Source: Bacteroidales bacterium (lineage in GTDB: Bacteria; Bacteroidota; Bacteroidia; Bacteroidales; UBA10428). From it: DNA of 64,000 bases. Position 1 is the first letter of the stretch. Every line of letters starts with the position of its first letter. Shown in pieces: positions 8,259 to 17,576 of this stretch. Both the position numbers and the translations under genes were made by a program. The notes beneath the pieces were generated by a model. That model searched no databases, was not told where the DNA came from, and worked only from the letters and a program-made list of their open reading frames with translations. The stretch is taken from NCBI GenBank assembly GCA_016936215.1, contig JAFGPL010000150.1, positions 5,262 to 69,261 of the forward strand, written 5' to 3'.

Positions 8259-10445
8259 TCAAATATCAATTATCTTAATTCCGTGTGGTTCTATGGTTAC
8301 CTCAGAGGCATTGCCTCTCCCATCGTATACTCTGGTTATCTCAGTGTTATCGCTGCTGCTGATTACCACAAGTTTACCCGTTTTCGGGTAATAAGCACAA
8401 TCGGTGTGCACATTGCTGCATGTCCAGGGCTTGAAATCGTCTTCACGCCCTGCAGCCCAGAACAGACTTCTGTGAAGTAAACGGGTATTTTCGGGTGTAA
8501 ATTTAAATCCGGAAAAATAAATAGAACGCCCTTTGCCAAATTCATTCACAACGATTTTTGACAAACCGTTTTTATTTGAAAGCGCTTTTGCGTTTTTGCC
8601 TGAGAGATATATGTCGTCGGTAGTTTTACCCAAATCAATTTCATCTTTGAGGTCTTTAGCAATGAAATGATTATTTGGAAGATTTACAGGTTCTTTTTTA
8701 ACATTACTTAATGTGTCGCCTGTTTCTCTATCAACACCCAGAATATGCGATAACCTAAAGTACTGACCTGTGGAATGAACTGCCGAGGGTTCACCAACCC
8801 CGATAAAACCGCCGCCCTGTGCAACCCATTGGGTAACCGTTTCCAAAATCTTTTCATTTTTCCAGTGTTCGCCACCACTCCATGCTGTGCCAGCCTTTCC
8901 TGCATTGATTATTACATGTATGTCCTGTGGGATACCCTTTTTCAGAATATCATCAAAACTTATATAGGTTACCTCAACTGGCAGTCCTGCAAGCGATTCG
9001 GTAACTTCGTACAGTTCCATACCGTGAATAAAATGGCCCACGTATACCCATGAGCGCAATTTTCCCCACGCTGTCAGAATGGCTACCTTGAGGGGCGCGG
9101 TATAAGGGGCACCCTCGGCATGAAATTGTTTCAGGGTGCGGAATTGCCGGGTGATGTGTTTAACTGCATCCACAAAATCGGGGAAATCCTGTACAAGGTG
9201 AAGATACCCGCCCAATCCGATACGGTCAACAGGAGCCCTTAACAACCCGCGGCGGATATCGGCCCAGAATCTTTTTGCATCAAGTGCAGGATTGCCGCCT
9301 GGCATAAAGGTGGGTTCACCTTTTAGTCCGGTAGGAAAGAGATAAGGGTGTAAACGTAATTCTTTGGTTTTCACTCCCTGAACACCCGAGCACAACCGGG
9401 CTTCAAAGGCATTGAAAACACACTTTATAAGCCCGTCAAAACCGAGATCTTTGAAACGTTTTCCATAAGGTTCGGTTCCTACCCAGTGGTCGTCGTAAAA
9501 CATGTAGGCGACTTTACCTGCTGCATGTATCAGGTCAATGCATTTGCGGCCGAAATTAACGACAAATTCATTCATAAAATCCATCCAATCGAGCAGTTTT
9601 TTCGAGGGCACATTGTGGCTTGTGCAGTATGCACCAGCGTTTACAAAGTCTTCGCTGTTCATTTCATAGCTCCTGGTTTCTGCAAAAAGCTGCATGGCAC
9701 GCGGGCTTACCGTCATTTCATAAGATCCCCAGTCGGCATAATGAAACCTTTGCAAGGAAGGGTCTCCCCAAAACCAGGCAAAATTGTAAAACATAGAGGT
9801 GAAACGTACAATTTTAGTTTTAGGGTGCTCATCAATCCATTTTTGCAGATAACCAAGCATAAACTGCTGTGTTTCGGGATATATCGGGTCAACAGGCATC
9901 TGGTGTTCCCTGTCGCCCCAGTTGTTGGTAATGTGGTTGTACATCGAAATAGCTTCCCAGATACGGTAGGCCAGGAAATTTACCGTGTATTTGTGCCATT
10001 TCGTGACATTCTTTACAATCACTGTTCCGGACACAGCGTTAAAAGTCCAGTTTTCTTTTGAAACCTCTTCACCGGTGGTTCGGTCAAAAACCTGCCACCA
10101 TTTTTTAGGATCATCATTAAAATTGACTTCAAACTGTTCCCTGAAATAGTCTTTTAGTAAATCAATCTCAATCTGACTGTCTTCAGCAACCACCGGGAAA
10201 CTCATCAGGTAGTTTTGCTGAAGTTTATCCCGGTTGGCTTTTGCCCATGTATTATCTGCACGTACCAGGCAGATGGTTGAATAGATATCGTAATCGGCTG
10301 ATACGATTTTATCAGACAAGACCGTACCGTCGCTGTCCCTGATGGCATCTGCCCCCCATTTTTCTGCAAGCTTTAGTGTTAAATCTTCGTATCCGGCCTC
10401 TCCGGGCAGTGTAAAATCGCCTTTGCTTTTGATGATGTCTTTCAT
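8259..10445 (-). CDS. GH112 beta-galactoside phosphorylase (lacto-N-biose / galacto-N-biose / D-galactosyl-beta-1,4-L-rhamnose phosphorylase family), cytoplasmic
   Basis: 728 aa with no signal peptide. The N-terminus 'GDFTLPGEAGYEDLTLKLAEKWGADAIRDSDGT', plus 'WHKYTVNFLAYRIWEAISMYNHITNNWGDREH', 'VRFTSMFYNF' and 'YISFDDILKKGIPQDIHVIINAG', follow the characterised GH112 phosphorylases as I recall them. Confidence 0.85.
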   Translation of the reverse strand: MKDIIKSKGDFTLPGEAGYEDLTLKLAEKWGADAIRDSDGTVLSDKIVSADYDIYSTICLVRADNTWAKANRDKLQQNYLMSFPVVAEDSQIEIDLLKDYFREQFEVNFNDDPKKWWQVFDRTTGEEVSKENWTFNAVSGTVIVKNVTKWHKYTVNFLAYRIWEAISMYNHITNNWGDREHQMPVDPIYPETQQFMLGYLQKWIDEHPKTKIVRFTSMFYNFAWFWGDPSLQRFHYADWGSYEMTVSPRAMQLFAETRSYEMNSEDFVNAGAYCTSHNVPSKKLLDWMDFMNEFVVNFGRKCIDLIHAAGKVAYMFYDDHWVGTEPYGKRFKDLGFDGLIKCVFNAFEARLCSGVQGVKTKELRLHPYLFPTGLKGEPTFMPGGNPALDAKRFWADIRRGLLRAPVDRIGLGGYLHLVQDFPDFVDAVKHITRQFRTLKQFHAEGAPYTAPLKVAILTAWGKLRSWVYVGHFIHGMELYEVTESLAGLPVEVTYISFDDILKKGIPQDIHVIINAGKAGTAWSGGEHWKNEKILETVTQWVAQGGGFIGVGEPSAVHSTGQYFRLSHILGVDRETGDTLSNVKKEPVNLPNNHFIAKDLKDEIDLGKTTDDIYLSGKNAKALSNKNGLSKIVVNEFGKGRSIYFSGFKFTPENTRLLHRSLFWAAGREDDFKPWTCSNVHTDCAYYPKTGKLVVISSSDNTEITRVYDGRGNASEVTIEPHGIKIIDI

Positions 10446-10463
10446 GGATGTTTTAATATGACG

Positions 10464-10608
10464 AAGAGGGTGTCTTAAAAGTCAGTCATTTTGAAACCGT
10501 CATTGCGATCCCGATTTATCGGGAGATGCAATCTCCTCTTATTCAAGAGATTGCTTCGGTCGTGCCTTCCGCAATGACGTTACCTATTGACTTTTTACAC
10601 AGCCTCTT
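10464..10608. repeat. About 145-nt nested-palindrome element (REP/MITE-like) between the symporter and GH112 genes
   Basis: Outer imperfect inverted repeat 10464-10484 / 10588-10608 (18 of 21 matching). Inner perfect 10-bp repeat 'cgtcattgcg' / 'cgcaatgacg' (10498-10507 / 10570-10579). Internal hairpins are 'ggagat gca atctcc' and 'cccgat..atcggg'. Confidence 0.55.
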
Positions 10609-10630
10609 ATAGTTAAAAAATAAAAATATT

Positions 10631-12118
10631 TCAATTCTTCTCAGCTTCTTTTCTTGCTTTCAGGTCTGTTTCAATTGTTGCCAGCATTTTTTCGTTTAGA
10701 GGATAAAAATACAGAATCACACCGCAAATCAGGATAAATCCTGCCGGAATCAGGCTGAAAAGTAATTTTATCCCGCTAATAATCTCGGGTGTTACCGGTA
10801 CATTTTTGGCATATCCATAGTATCCGAGAATAAATAAACCTAAAAATCCTCCGATGGCCACACCCAGCTTTATGGCAAACATAATACCGGCAGTAACAAG
10901 ACCGGTGGCTCTTTGCCCGAATTTCCATTCGTGGTAGTCTGCCACATCGGCAAACATTGCAAATAAAAAGACAGGTAAAGCACCGGCTACAATAGCCCAG
11001 AAAGTATTAACAATACAAAGCACAACAAAATTTTCCGGTGAAAGCCAGTAAAAAATTGCATTGGTAATTACAAGGCCGAGTGTAAGAAAAATAATCACGG
11101 TTTTCCTGTCAAAATATTTTTTAAGAGGTGTACAAAGCAAAACCCCGGCAATCATCCCGAAAGTCACAATGGTTAAAAAAGTAGTGGTTTGATCAAAATC
11201 GAGATTAAACACACCTATTGAAAAGGTCCACAATACTTTACTACCCTGCCCGTTCACATAATCGAAATAGTAGGCCACCATCCCGTTGCGTATCATGTTG
11301 TGAATAAGCCAGAAAACACAGGCAATGAAAATAATTAACCAGGGAAAGTTTTTTGAAACATTCTTAAGGTCATCAAGGAATGAAGTTTTTTGCTCTTTAG
11401 GTGGTTGCACCCGTTCGCGGGTGGTAAGAAATGTAATTACCAGCAGAACAATGGCTATGGCGCCAAATACACCCATGGTGGTCTGGTATCCCAATACCTG
11501 GCTATAACCCAAAGTTTCATTGTAACCTGAATGTGCAGGATTATTCCCGAAAAACTTAGCCAAAGGAAGTGTGAAAGTGGTAATTAATAACTGACCTATA
11601 AATGCAAAGAAAAACCTGTATTGTGAAAGGGTTGTACGTTCTTTCGGATTCGGTGTGATAACAGCCATCATAGAGGAGTAGGGAATATTGATAGCCGTAT
11701 AAGCCATCGTAGCCAAAATATAGCTGGCGTATGCATATACAATCTTCATGTTTTGTCCCCAGTCGGGTGTAATAAACATGGCAAAAGCCAGTAGACCGAA
11801 AGGCACAGCCATCCATAAAAGGTAAGGTCTGAACTTTCCCCAGCGGGTATTGGTGCGGTCAGCAATCATACCCATAATCGGGTCGGTAATCATATCCCAC
11901 AACCTGGTAATAAGAAACATAAAAGCGGCGATTCTGGCATCAATGCCAAACACATCGGTGTAGAAGATCATCAGGAAAAAATTCCATGCCTGGTAAAGGA
12001 TATTCGAAGCAGTGTCGCCAAGTCCGTAACCTACTTTTTCAACAATGCTGAGTTTTCCTCCGATATGGTTAAAATCAGCAGGTTGGGTTTTTGTGGCAGT
12101 ATTGGTTTTAGTTGTCAT
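10631..12118 (-). CDS. Glycoside-pentoside-hexuronide (GPH):cation symporter family sugar transporter
   Basis: Multi-TM protein. GPH signature 'DPIMGMIADRTNTRWGKFRPY' and N-terminal 'GYGLGDTASN'. The first ATG is at 12118; the track ORF starts at a TTG at 12133. Confidence 0.85.
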   Translation of the reverse strand: MTTKTNTATKTQPADFNHIGGKLSIVEKVGYGLGDTASNILYQAWNFFLMIFYTDVFGIDARIAAFMFLITRLWDMITDPIMGMIADRTNTRWGKFRPYLLWMAVPFGLLAFAMFITPDWGQNMKIVYAYASYILATMAYTAINIPYSSMMAVITPNPKERTTLSQYRFFFAFIGQLLITTFTLPLAKFFGNNPAHSGYNETLGYSQVLGYQTTMGVFGAIAIVLLVITFLTTRERVQPPKEQKTSFLDDLKNVSKNFPWLIIFIACVFWLIHNMIRNGMVAYYFDYVNGQGSKVLWTFSIGVFNLDFDQTTTFLTIVTFGMIAGVLLCTPLKKYFDRKTVIIFLTLGLVITNAIFYWLSPENFVVLCIVNTFWAIVAGALPVFLFAMFADVADYHEWKFGQRATGLVTAGIMFAIKLGVAIGGFLGLFILGYYGYAKNVPVTPEIISGIKLLFSLIPAGFILICGVILYFYPLNEKMLATIETDLKARKEAEKN

Positions 12119-12461
12119 GATGATTGTTTTCAATAGGAGTGTTCATTCTGTTCAGGTTACGCTGCAAATATAACTTTTATTCGGTTAATCCAAATCCGGG
12201 CGGGGGAAAATTGAGTTGGAGGTTTTTCAAAAACTATGCAATCACGAATGCACGAAATAATCTTATAGGCATAAATCAGAAAAATTACCTTCAGTTAAAG
12301 CTTCGCTGTTCATAAGAATATTTCCTGTCTCCAATAATCCTGTTTCAGCTATAGTAGTTTTCACCATAATATTTTACCGGTTTTCTTGCACGGCTCAATT
12401 CAGGGCATTATTATTGTATAATTTTTCAGTTAGTCTAAAATTATTTGAAAAACATTGTACT

Positions 12462-13730
12462 ATGGTTAAAATTTATACTGCAATTAATTTGATTTCAATT
12501 ATAATTTTTAGTTTTTGCCCTTTACGGAGTGCAGTGCCGGAAAAGAATTATCTTATTACCGACTTTGGCGCCATTGGCGACGGGCTGATTTTAAATACCA
12601 CGGCCATTCAGTCTGTCATTGATAAGTGTGCAAAAGACGGTGGGGGTTCTGTTGTAATCCCTGAAGGAACTTTCCTAAGCGGTGCGCTGTTTTTGAAACA
12701 GGGTGTAAACCTGCATGTTGAAAAAAACGCGATATTGAAAGGTACAATAAACCCCGATGACTATCCGCAGGTTTTTACCCGTTGGGAGGGCGTGGAGTGT
12801 GATTGGACTTCGGCCCTGGTAAACGCTTTCGACATGACAGGGCTTAAAATTACAGGCGAAGGTACCATTGACGGATCGGGTGAAAAATGGATGGAACGCT
12901 ATCCGCGTTTCAACAACGACCTGAAAGTTGGCAGGCCGCGCCTGATCGCCGTTCAGAATTGCAACGATGTGCTGGTTTCGGGAATATCGCTTAAAAACCA
13001 GGCATGCTGGGGGCTTTTTATTCTATACTCCACCGATGTACTGATTGAAAACCTTACCATCACAGCCGAACATCATATTATCAGCTCAGACGGTATAGAT
13101 ATTGATTCAGGAAAACGTATCAGGATTTCCGGTTGTGACATTGATGTGAACGATGATTGTATCTCGATAAAATCGGGCAAAGATGAGGATGGAAGAAGGG
13201 TAAACCTTCCGGCGGAAGAGATACTTATTGAAAAATGTCGTTTTCGGTATGGTCATGGCGGAGTGGCTATGGGAAGCGAAATGTCTGGCGGGATACGCAA
13301 TGTGGAGATACGCGATTGCGTAATGGAAGCCGATAACTGGGCGCCGATACGTTTCAAATCACAGCCCAGCCGCGGTGGGGTGGTGGAGAACATTACCTTT
13401 CGTGATATTGTACTTAACAACACACGAAAGGCTTTTGAATTCAATATGGAATGGCGCATGGTGCCACCGATCAATCCCCCTTCCGATCCGCTGCCGGTTG
13501 TACGCAATATAACCATCATAAATATAAACGGCAAGGTTAATTCGGTGGGCGATATGTACGGATTAAAGGAGAGCCCTATCCAAAATGTGAGTTTTAAAGA
13601 TTGCAACATTATTGCTCAAAAAGGGTTTATTATTGAAAATGTCGAAGGATTGGATGTTTCCGGCCTTCATCTCACTGTTGAAGAAGGCGATGCTATTGTT
13701 TACAAAAACACACAACAAAAAGATAATTAA
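12462..13730 (+). CDS. Glycoside hydrolase family 28 (polygalacturonase / rhamnogalacturonan hydrolase-like), secreted
   Basis: Start chosen at 'MVKIYTAINLISIIIFSF' (signal peptide). GH28 motifs 'ITDFGAIGDG', 'SSDGIDIDS', 'NDDCISIKSG', 'RYGHGGVAMGSE' and 'IRFKS'. Confidence 0.85.
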   Translation: MVKIYTAINLISIIIFSFCPLRSAVPEKNYLITDFGAIGDGLILNTTAIQSVIDKCAKDGGGSVVIPEGTFLSGALFLKQGVNLHVEKNAILKGTINPDDYPQVFTRWEGVECDWTSALVNAFDMTGLKITGEGTIDGSGEKWMERYPRFNNDLKVGRPRLIAVQNCNDVLVSGISLKNQACWGLFILYSTDVLIENLTITAEHHIISSDGIDIDSGKRIRISGCDIDVNDDCISIKSGKDEDGRRVNLPAEEILIEKCRFRYGHGGVAMGSEMSGGIRNVEIRDCVMEADNWAPIRFKSQPSRGGVVENITFRDIVLNNTRKAFEFNMEWRMVPPINPPSDPLPVVRNITIININGKVNSVGDMYGLKESPIQNVSFKDCNIIAQKGFIIENVEGLDVSGLHLTVEEGDAIVYKNTQQKDN

Positions 13731-13731
13731 A

Positions 13732-15264
13732 ATGATAAACAGATTGAAAAAATACCTGGTTTTAATATTTATCACTGTATTAACTGTTTGTGCAGTTGAA
13801 GCCGCAGTTTACAATGTTAAAGATTATGGTGCGGCCGGTGATGGCAAAACAGTGGATTCTCCGGCTATAAACAACGCCATTGATTCTGCTGTCAAATATG
13901 GTGGTGGCACCATCCATTTTCCGGCAGGTACCTACCTTTGTTTTTCTATCAGGCTGAAAAGCAATATCGGCCTGTATCTCGATCATGGTGCTGTTATTCT
14001 CGCTGCCAATCCTGCCGAACATGGCGGAATGTACGATGTTGCCGAGCCCAACGAGTGGAATATGTACCAGGATCACGGTCACAGCCACTGGCATAACAGC
14101 CTTATCTGGGGAGAAGGACTCGAGAATATTTCAATTTCCGGACCGGGCATGATCTACGGAAAAGGTCTTCGTCGCTGGGATACCGAAAAAGAGGGAGAGG
14201 GTAACAAGGCCATCGCGCTTAAGAACTGCCGTAACGTCGTCATCAGGGATATTACGATGCTTACATGCGGCCATTTTGCCATTCTCCCTACAGGTGTTGA
14301 CAATTTTACCATTGATAACCTGCGAATAGATACCAACCGTGATGCAATAAATATTGACTGCTGTAAAAATGTTACCATCTCTAACTGCATGATCAATTCG
14401 CCCAATGACGATGCCATTGTGCTGAAAAGTTCATACGCGCTGGGGTATGCACGTGTCACAGAAAATGTAATGATCACCAATTGCATGGTGACCGGATACA
14501 ACGAAGGTTCTTTTCTTAACGGCACTTATAAAAAAACCCAGAAAAAAGCTCCCGATGGAGGCCCTGTTACCGGGCGTATTAAATTCGGGACTGAATCAAA
14601 TGGCGGGTTTAAAAACATTACCATCACCAATTGTACCTTTGACCACTGCAGGGGTTTAGCCCTTGAAACCGTTGACGGAGGGATTCTTGAAGATATTGCC
14701 ATATCTAACCTAACAATGAACGACATCACCAATGCCCCGTTTTTCCTTCGTCTTGGCAGGCGCATGCGCGCTCCCGAAGGAATGGAGATAGGATCAATGA
14801 AGCGTATTTCTATCAGCAATGTGATCGTGAATAATGCAAATCCCGAAGATGCATCACTGATACTGGGAATTCCCGGTTACCCTGTGGAAGATGTGAAACT
14901 CAGCAACATTCTGATTCTTGCCAAAGGTGGTGCACCTAAGGAATATGGTGAAATTGAGGTTCCCGAACTGGAAGACGGATATCCCGACCCCATGTATTTT
15001 GGTAAAATACCGGCTTATGGCTTTTTTATCCGCCATGTTGATGGAATTGAACTAAACAATGTAGAAATACGTTTTATGGACGAAGATCCCAGACCGGCAT
15101 TTATCCTTGATAATGTTAAAAATGCTGATTTTAATAATGTTAAAACCACCAAAAAGAAAGATGTTCCGACATTTGTACTGAAGAATGTGTACAATTTTAA
15201 TACGAACAGATGTGAAGCGGTTCCCGATTCAAAAGTTAAAACCGCCGAACTGAAAAAATTATAA
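13732..15264 (+). CDS. Glycoside hydrolase family 28 paralogue, secreted
   Basis: The ATG at 13732 lies 1 nt after the upstream stop and gives the signal peptide 'MINRLKKYLVLIFITVLTVCAVEA'. Motifs 'VKDYGAAGDGKT', 'NRDAINIDC' and 'NDDAIVLKSS'. Parallel beta-helix repeats are evident. Confidence 0.8.
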   Translation: MINRLKKYLVLIFITVLTVCAVEAAVYNVKDYGAAGDGKTVDSPAINNAIDSAVKYGGGTIHFPAGTYLCFSIRLKSNIGLYLDHGAVILAANPAEHGGMYDVAEPNEWNMYQDHGHSHWHNSLIWGEGLENISISGPGMIYGKGLRRWDTEKEGEGNKAIALKNCRNVVIRDITMLTCGHFAILPTGVDNFTIDNLRIDTNRDAINIDCCKNVTISNCMINSPNDDAIVLKSSYALGYARVTENVMITNCMVTGYNEGSFLNGTYKKTQKKAPDGGPVTGRIKFGTESNGGFKNITITNCTFDHCRGLALETVDGGILEDIAISNLTMNDITNAPFFLRLGRRMRAPEGMEIGSMKRISISNVIVNNANPEDASLILGIPGYPVEDVKLSNILILAKGGAPKEYGEIEVPELEDGYPDPMYFGKIPAYGFFIRHVDGIELNNVEIRFMDEDPRPAFILDNVKNADFNNVKTTKKKDVPTFVLKNVYNFNTNRCEAVPDSKVKTAELKKL

Positions 15265-15334
15265 TTTGTTGTAAAATTGAAACAAAAAAAATTTCGGTGA
15301 TGAAATTATCAGCCGGAACGAAAAAACAATAATT

Positions 15335-17479
15335 ATGAAGAACAACAAACCGGTTTTTACATTGCTTGCCGTTCTTACAATGCTTGGCATAACATCATGC
15401 GTTGAAAGACCTTGGCAGAAATTAACCAACAACAGCGTAAAGGATATTGCCTCACAATTTAAAACTCCACCCGTAGAATACAGCATCTCTTTTTACTGGG
15501 GATGGGACGGAAAAGTAACCGATGAAGTAATTGCCCGCGACCTTGATGCTTTCAGGGAGAGGGGGGTACATATTGTAAGCCTCGAGTCAGGCTATAACAT
15601 GGGGCACCCTTATCTGTCGGAAGGCTGGTTCAACCTGGTGAAACGTACTGTGGAACTGGCAAAAGAAAGGAATATGCGCGTATGGATCGTAGATGAAGGA
15701 AAATACCCCAGCGGGTTTGCAGGGGGTAAATTTACTACAGATGCACCCGAACTAAGAATGAAGGCGCTTGTGGTGGCCGAAAAAATAAAACTGTCTGAAG
15801 GTGATACACTTTTGAGAACATTGTCCGAAGGCATTCATAGTGCCATTGCTGTCAACATGAATGATAGTAGTAGTCAGATACTTGATGTCAGTTCCGGTAT
15901 TCTTCAGTGGGAAGCCCCTGAAGGACAATGGGATGTAACTCTTATTAAACACGATTTCCGCAGTTCCCCCACAAGGGCGGTCAATAACCCTACGAGGGGC
16001 AAAGACCCGAGCAACTCATTGTTAGATTATCTCGATCCGGCTGCTACTAAAAAGTTTTTGGAATTTACGCATGAAGAACATAAGAAATATGTGGGAGAGG
16101 AATTTGGCACAACAGTTCTTGGTTTCAGAGGCGATGAGCCCGATTACAGCATCAGGGGCATACCCTGGACAAACAGGATTTTCGAAATATTTAAAGAACA
16201 AAAAGGCTATGATATTGAGCCCTATGTTGCATCTTTTTTTGCACCTGTTTTAACAGATGAGCAAAAAAGAATGAAGGCTGATTACTGGGATGTATGGTCG
16301 GGCCTTTTTGGGGAATATTTTTTCAAACAGCAGGCCGACTGGTGTGCTGCCCATAACATGGAATACCTCGTTCATCTTAACAGCGAGGACAAAATGATGA
16401 GGCTGGTGCATGGTGAAGGTGATTTCTTCAAATGCATGCGCGATGTGCAGATGCCTGGTGTAGACGCCATCTGGAACCAGATATGGCCGGACAAAGTTTC
16501 TGATTTTCCGAAATATGCCTCTTCAGCGGCTCATATTTTCGGCAAGCCCCGTGCGTTTACAGAAAGCTTTGCTGCTTATCATGTTCAACCAAATGTACAA
16601 GAGGCCAAATGGGTATTAGACCATCAACTCGTACGTGGTATCAATATGGTTGAAGTGATGTTTATCCCTGCTTCCACCAACGGGCAGCTTGGCTTGAACG
16701 GGTGGACTGCATCGGAAGAATTTGCATCTGTGGCCCGTTACATTCACCGTGCAAGTTACCTCCTTTCGCAAGGACGTCCGGCAGCACAAATTGCCGTATA
16801 CCACCCTTCTATGAGCCTTTGGCTCGAACATGAGGAGTCGAATAACCATGTGCTTAAGCTCATGCAACAATTACTCGGGCAACAGCATGATTTTGATTTT
16901 ATTGATGAATACACGCTTACGGAACTTCTGGTTAAAGAAAACGGTGCATTCAAAAACCTGAGCGGACAAAAATACCATACCATTCTTATACCTTCTGCAA
17001 CTGCTATTTCCAGGGTTGCTTTAAACCAGCTTAAGTCGTTTGGTGCGTCCGGGGGTAAAGTGGTTTTTCTTGGTGAAACGCCATCAATGGTTGTTGAAAA
17101 GTCGTTTTTGGAAGCAACAAAACCAGAAAGCCTGGATTGGGCTATCGTGGAGCCTTCCGACGAATTAACCGAAAGGGTTATATCAGCTTTGCCATCTCCT
17201 GATGTAAGATTCGGACAACCAACACCTTCCGTTAAGTATTTGCACCGCAAAATTCAGGATGCCGATCTTTATTTCTTTTTTAACGAGGGCCTTGATAAAC
17301 TGCATCTGGATGCAACCTTAACGGGTAAAGGGGCAGTTCAGCTCTGGGATGCAATGAGCGGTGAGATAAGTATACTGAAAAGCACAATTCAGGATAATGA
17401 ACAGGTAAAAATGAGTATTGATTTTGGGCCATATGAAACGAAGTTTTTAATTATCGGGGAAAAACCATCTGATTTGTAA
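15335..17479 (+). CDS. Lipoprotein, putative TIM-barrel glycoside hydrolase (GH106-like alpha-L-rhamnosidase-related?)
   Basis: Lipoprotein signal 'LAVLTMLGITSCVE'. The N-terminal pattern 'FYWGWDGKVTDEVIARDLDAFRERGVHIVSLE' resembles the start of GH106-related hydrolases as I remember them. The family call is tentative. Confidence 0.4.
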   Translation: MKNNKPVFTLLAVLTMLGITSCVERPWQKLTNNSVKDIASQFKTPPVEYSISFYWGWDGKVTDEVIARDLDAFRERGVHIVSLESGYNMGHPYLSEGWFNLVKRTVELAKERNMRVWIVDEGKYPSGFAGGKFTTDAPELRMKALVVAEKIKLSEGDTLLRTLSEGIHSAIAVNMNDSSSQILDVSSGILQWEAPEGQWDVTLIKHDFRSSPTRAVNNPTRGKDPSNSLLDYLDPAATKKFLEFTHEEHKKYVGEEFGTTVLGFRGDEPDYSIRGIPWTNRIFEIFKEQKGYDIEPYVASFFAPVLTDEQKRMKADYWDVWSGLFGEYFFKQQADWCAAHNMEYLVHLNSEDKMMRLVHGEGDFFKCMRDVQMPGVDAIWNQIWPDKVSDFPKYASSAAHIFGKPRAFTESFAAYHVQPNVQEAKWVLDHQLVRGINMVEVMFIPASTNGQLGLNGWTASEEFASVARYIHRASYLLSQGRPAAQIAVYHPSMSLWLEHEESNNHVLKLMQQLLGQQHDFDFIDEYTLTELLVKENGAFKNLSGQKYHTILIPSATAISRVALNQLKSFGASGGKVVFLGETPSMVVEKSFLEATKPESLDWAIVEPSDELTERVISALPSPDVRFGQPTPSVKYLHRKIQDADLYFFFNEGLDKLHLDATLTGKGAVQLWDAMSGEISILKSTIQDNEQVKMSIDFGPYETKFLIIGEKPSDL

Positions 17480-17576
17480 TTTTAAAATAGAAATTTTAAG
17501 AATGACAAATGCATTATAAAGTAAAAAGATGTAATTTCATCGCTTTAATAGTAACCAAATCTTAATTATTTATTCA

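Noticed and set aside
9486-10061. 191-aa ORF antisense to the GH112 gene. The same applies to 16756..17250, 19874..20347, 35508..35975, 48527..49024 and 54302..54769.
   Set aside because: All are embedded antisense in genes with strong family motifs. They have no start context and no recognisable features. I treat them as non-coding.
13612-13731. 40-codon upstream extension of the second GH28 ORF overlapping the first GH28 gene. Similar 5' extensions occur at 12414..12461, 22199..22270, 43657..43722, 47956..48003 and 48072..48104.
   Set aside because: In each case an internal ATG gives a proper signal peptide or the family-typical N-terminus and removes the overlap with the neighbouring gene or regulatory region.
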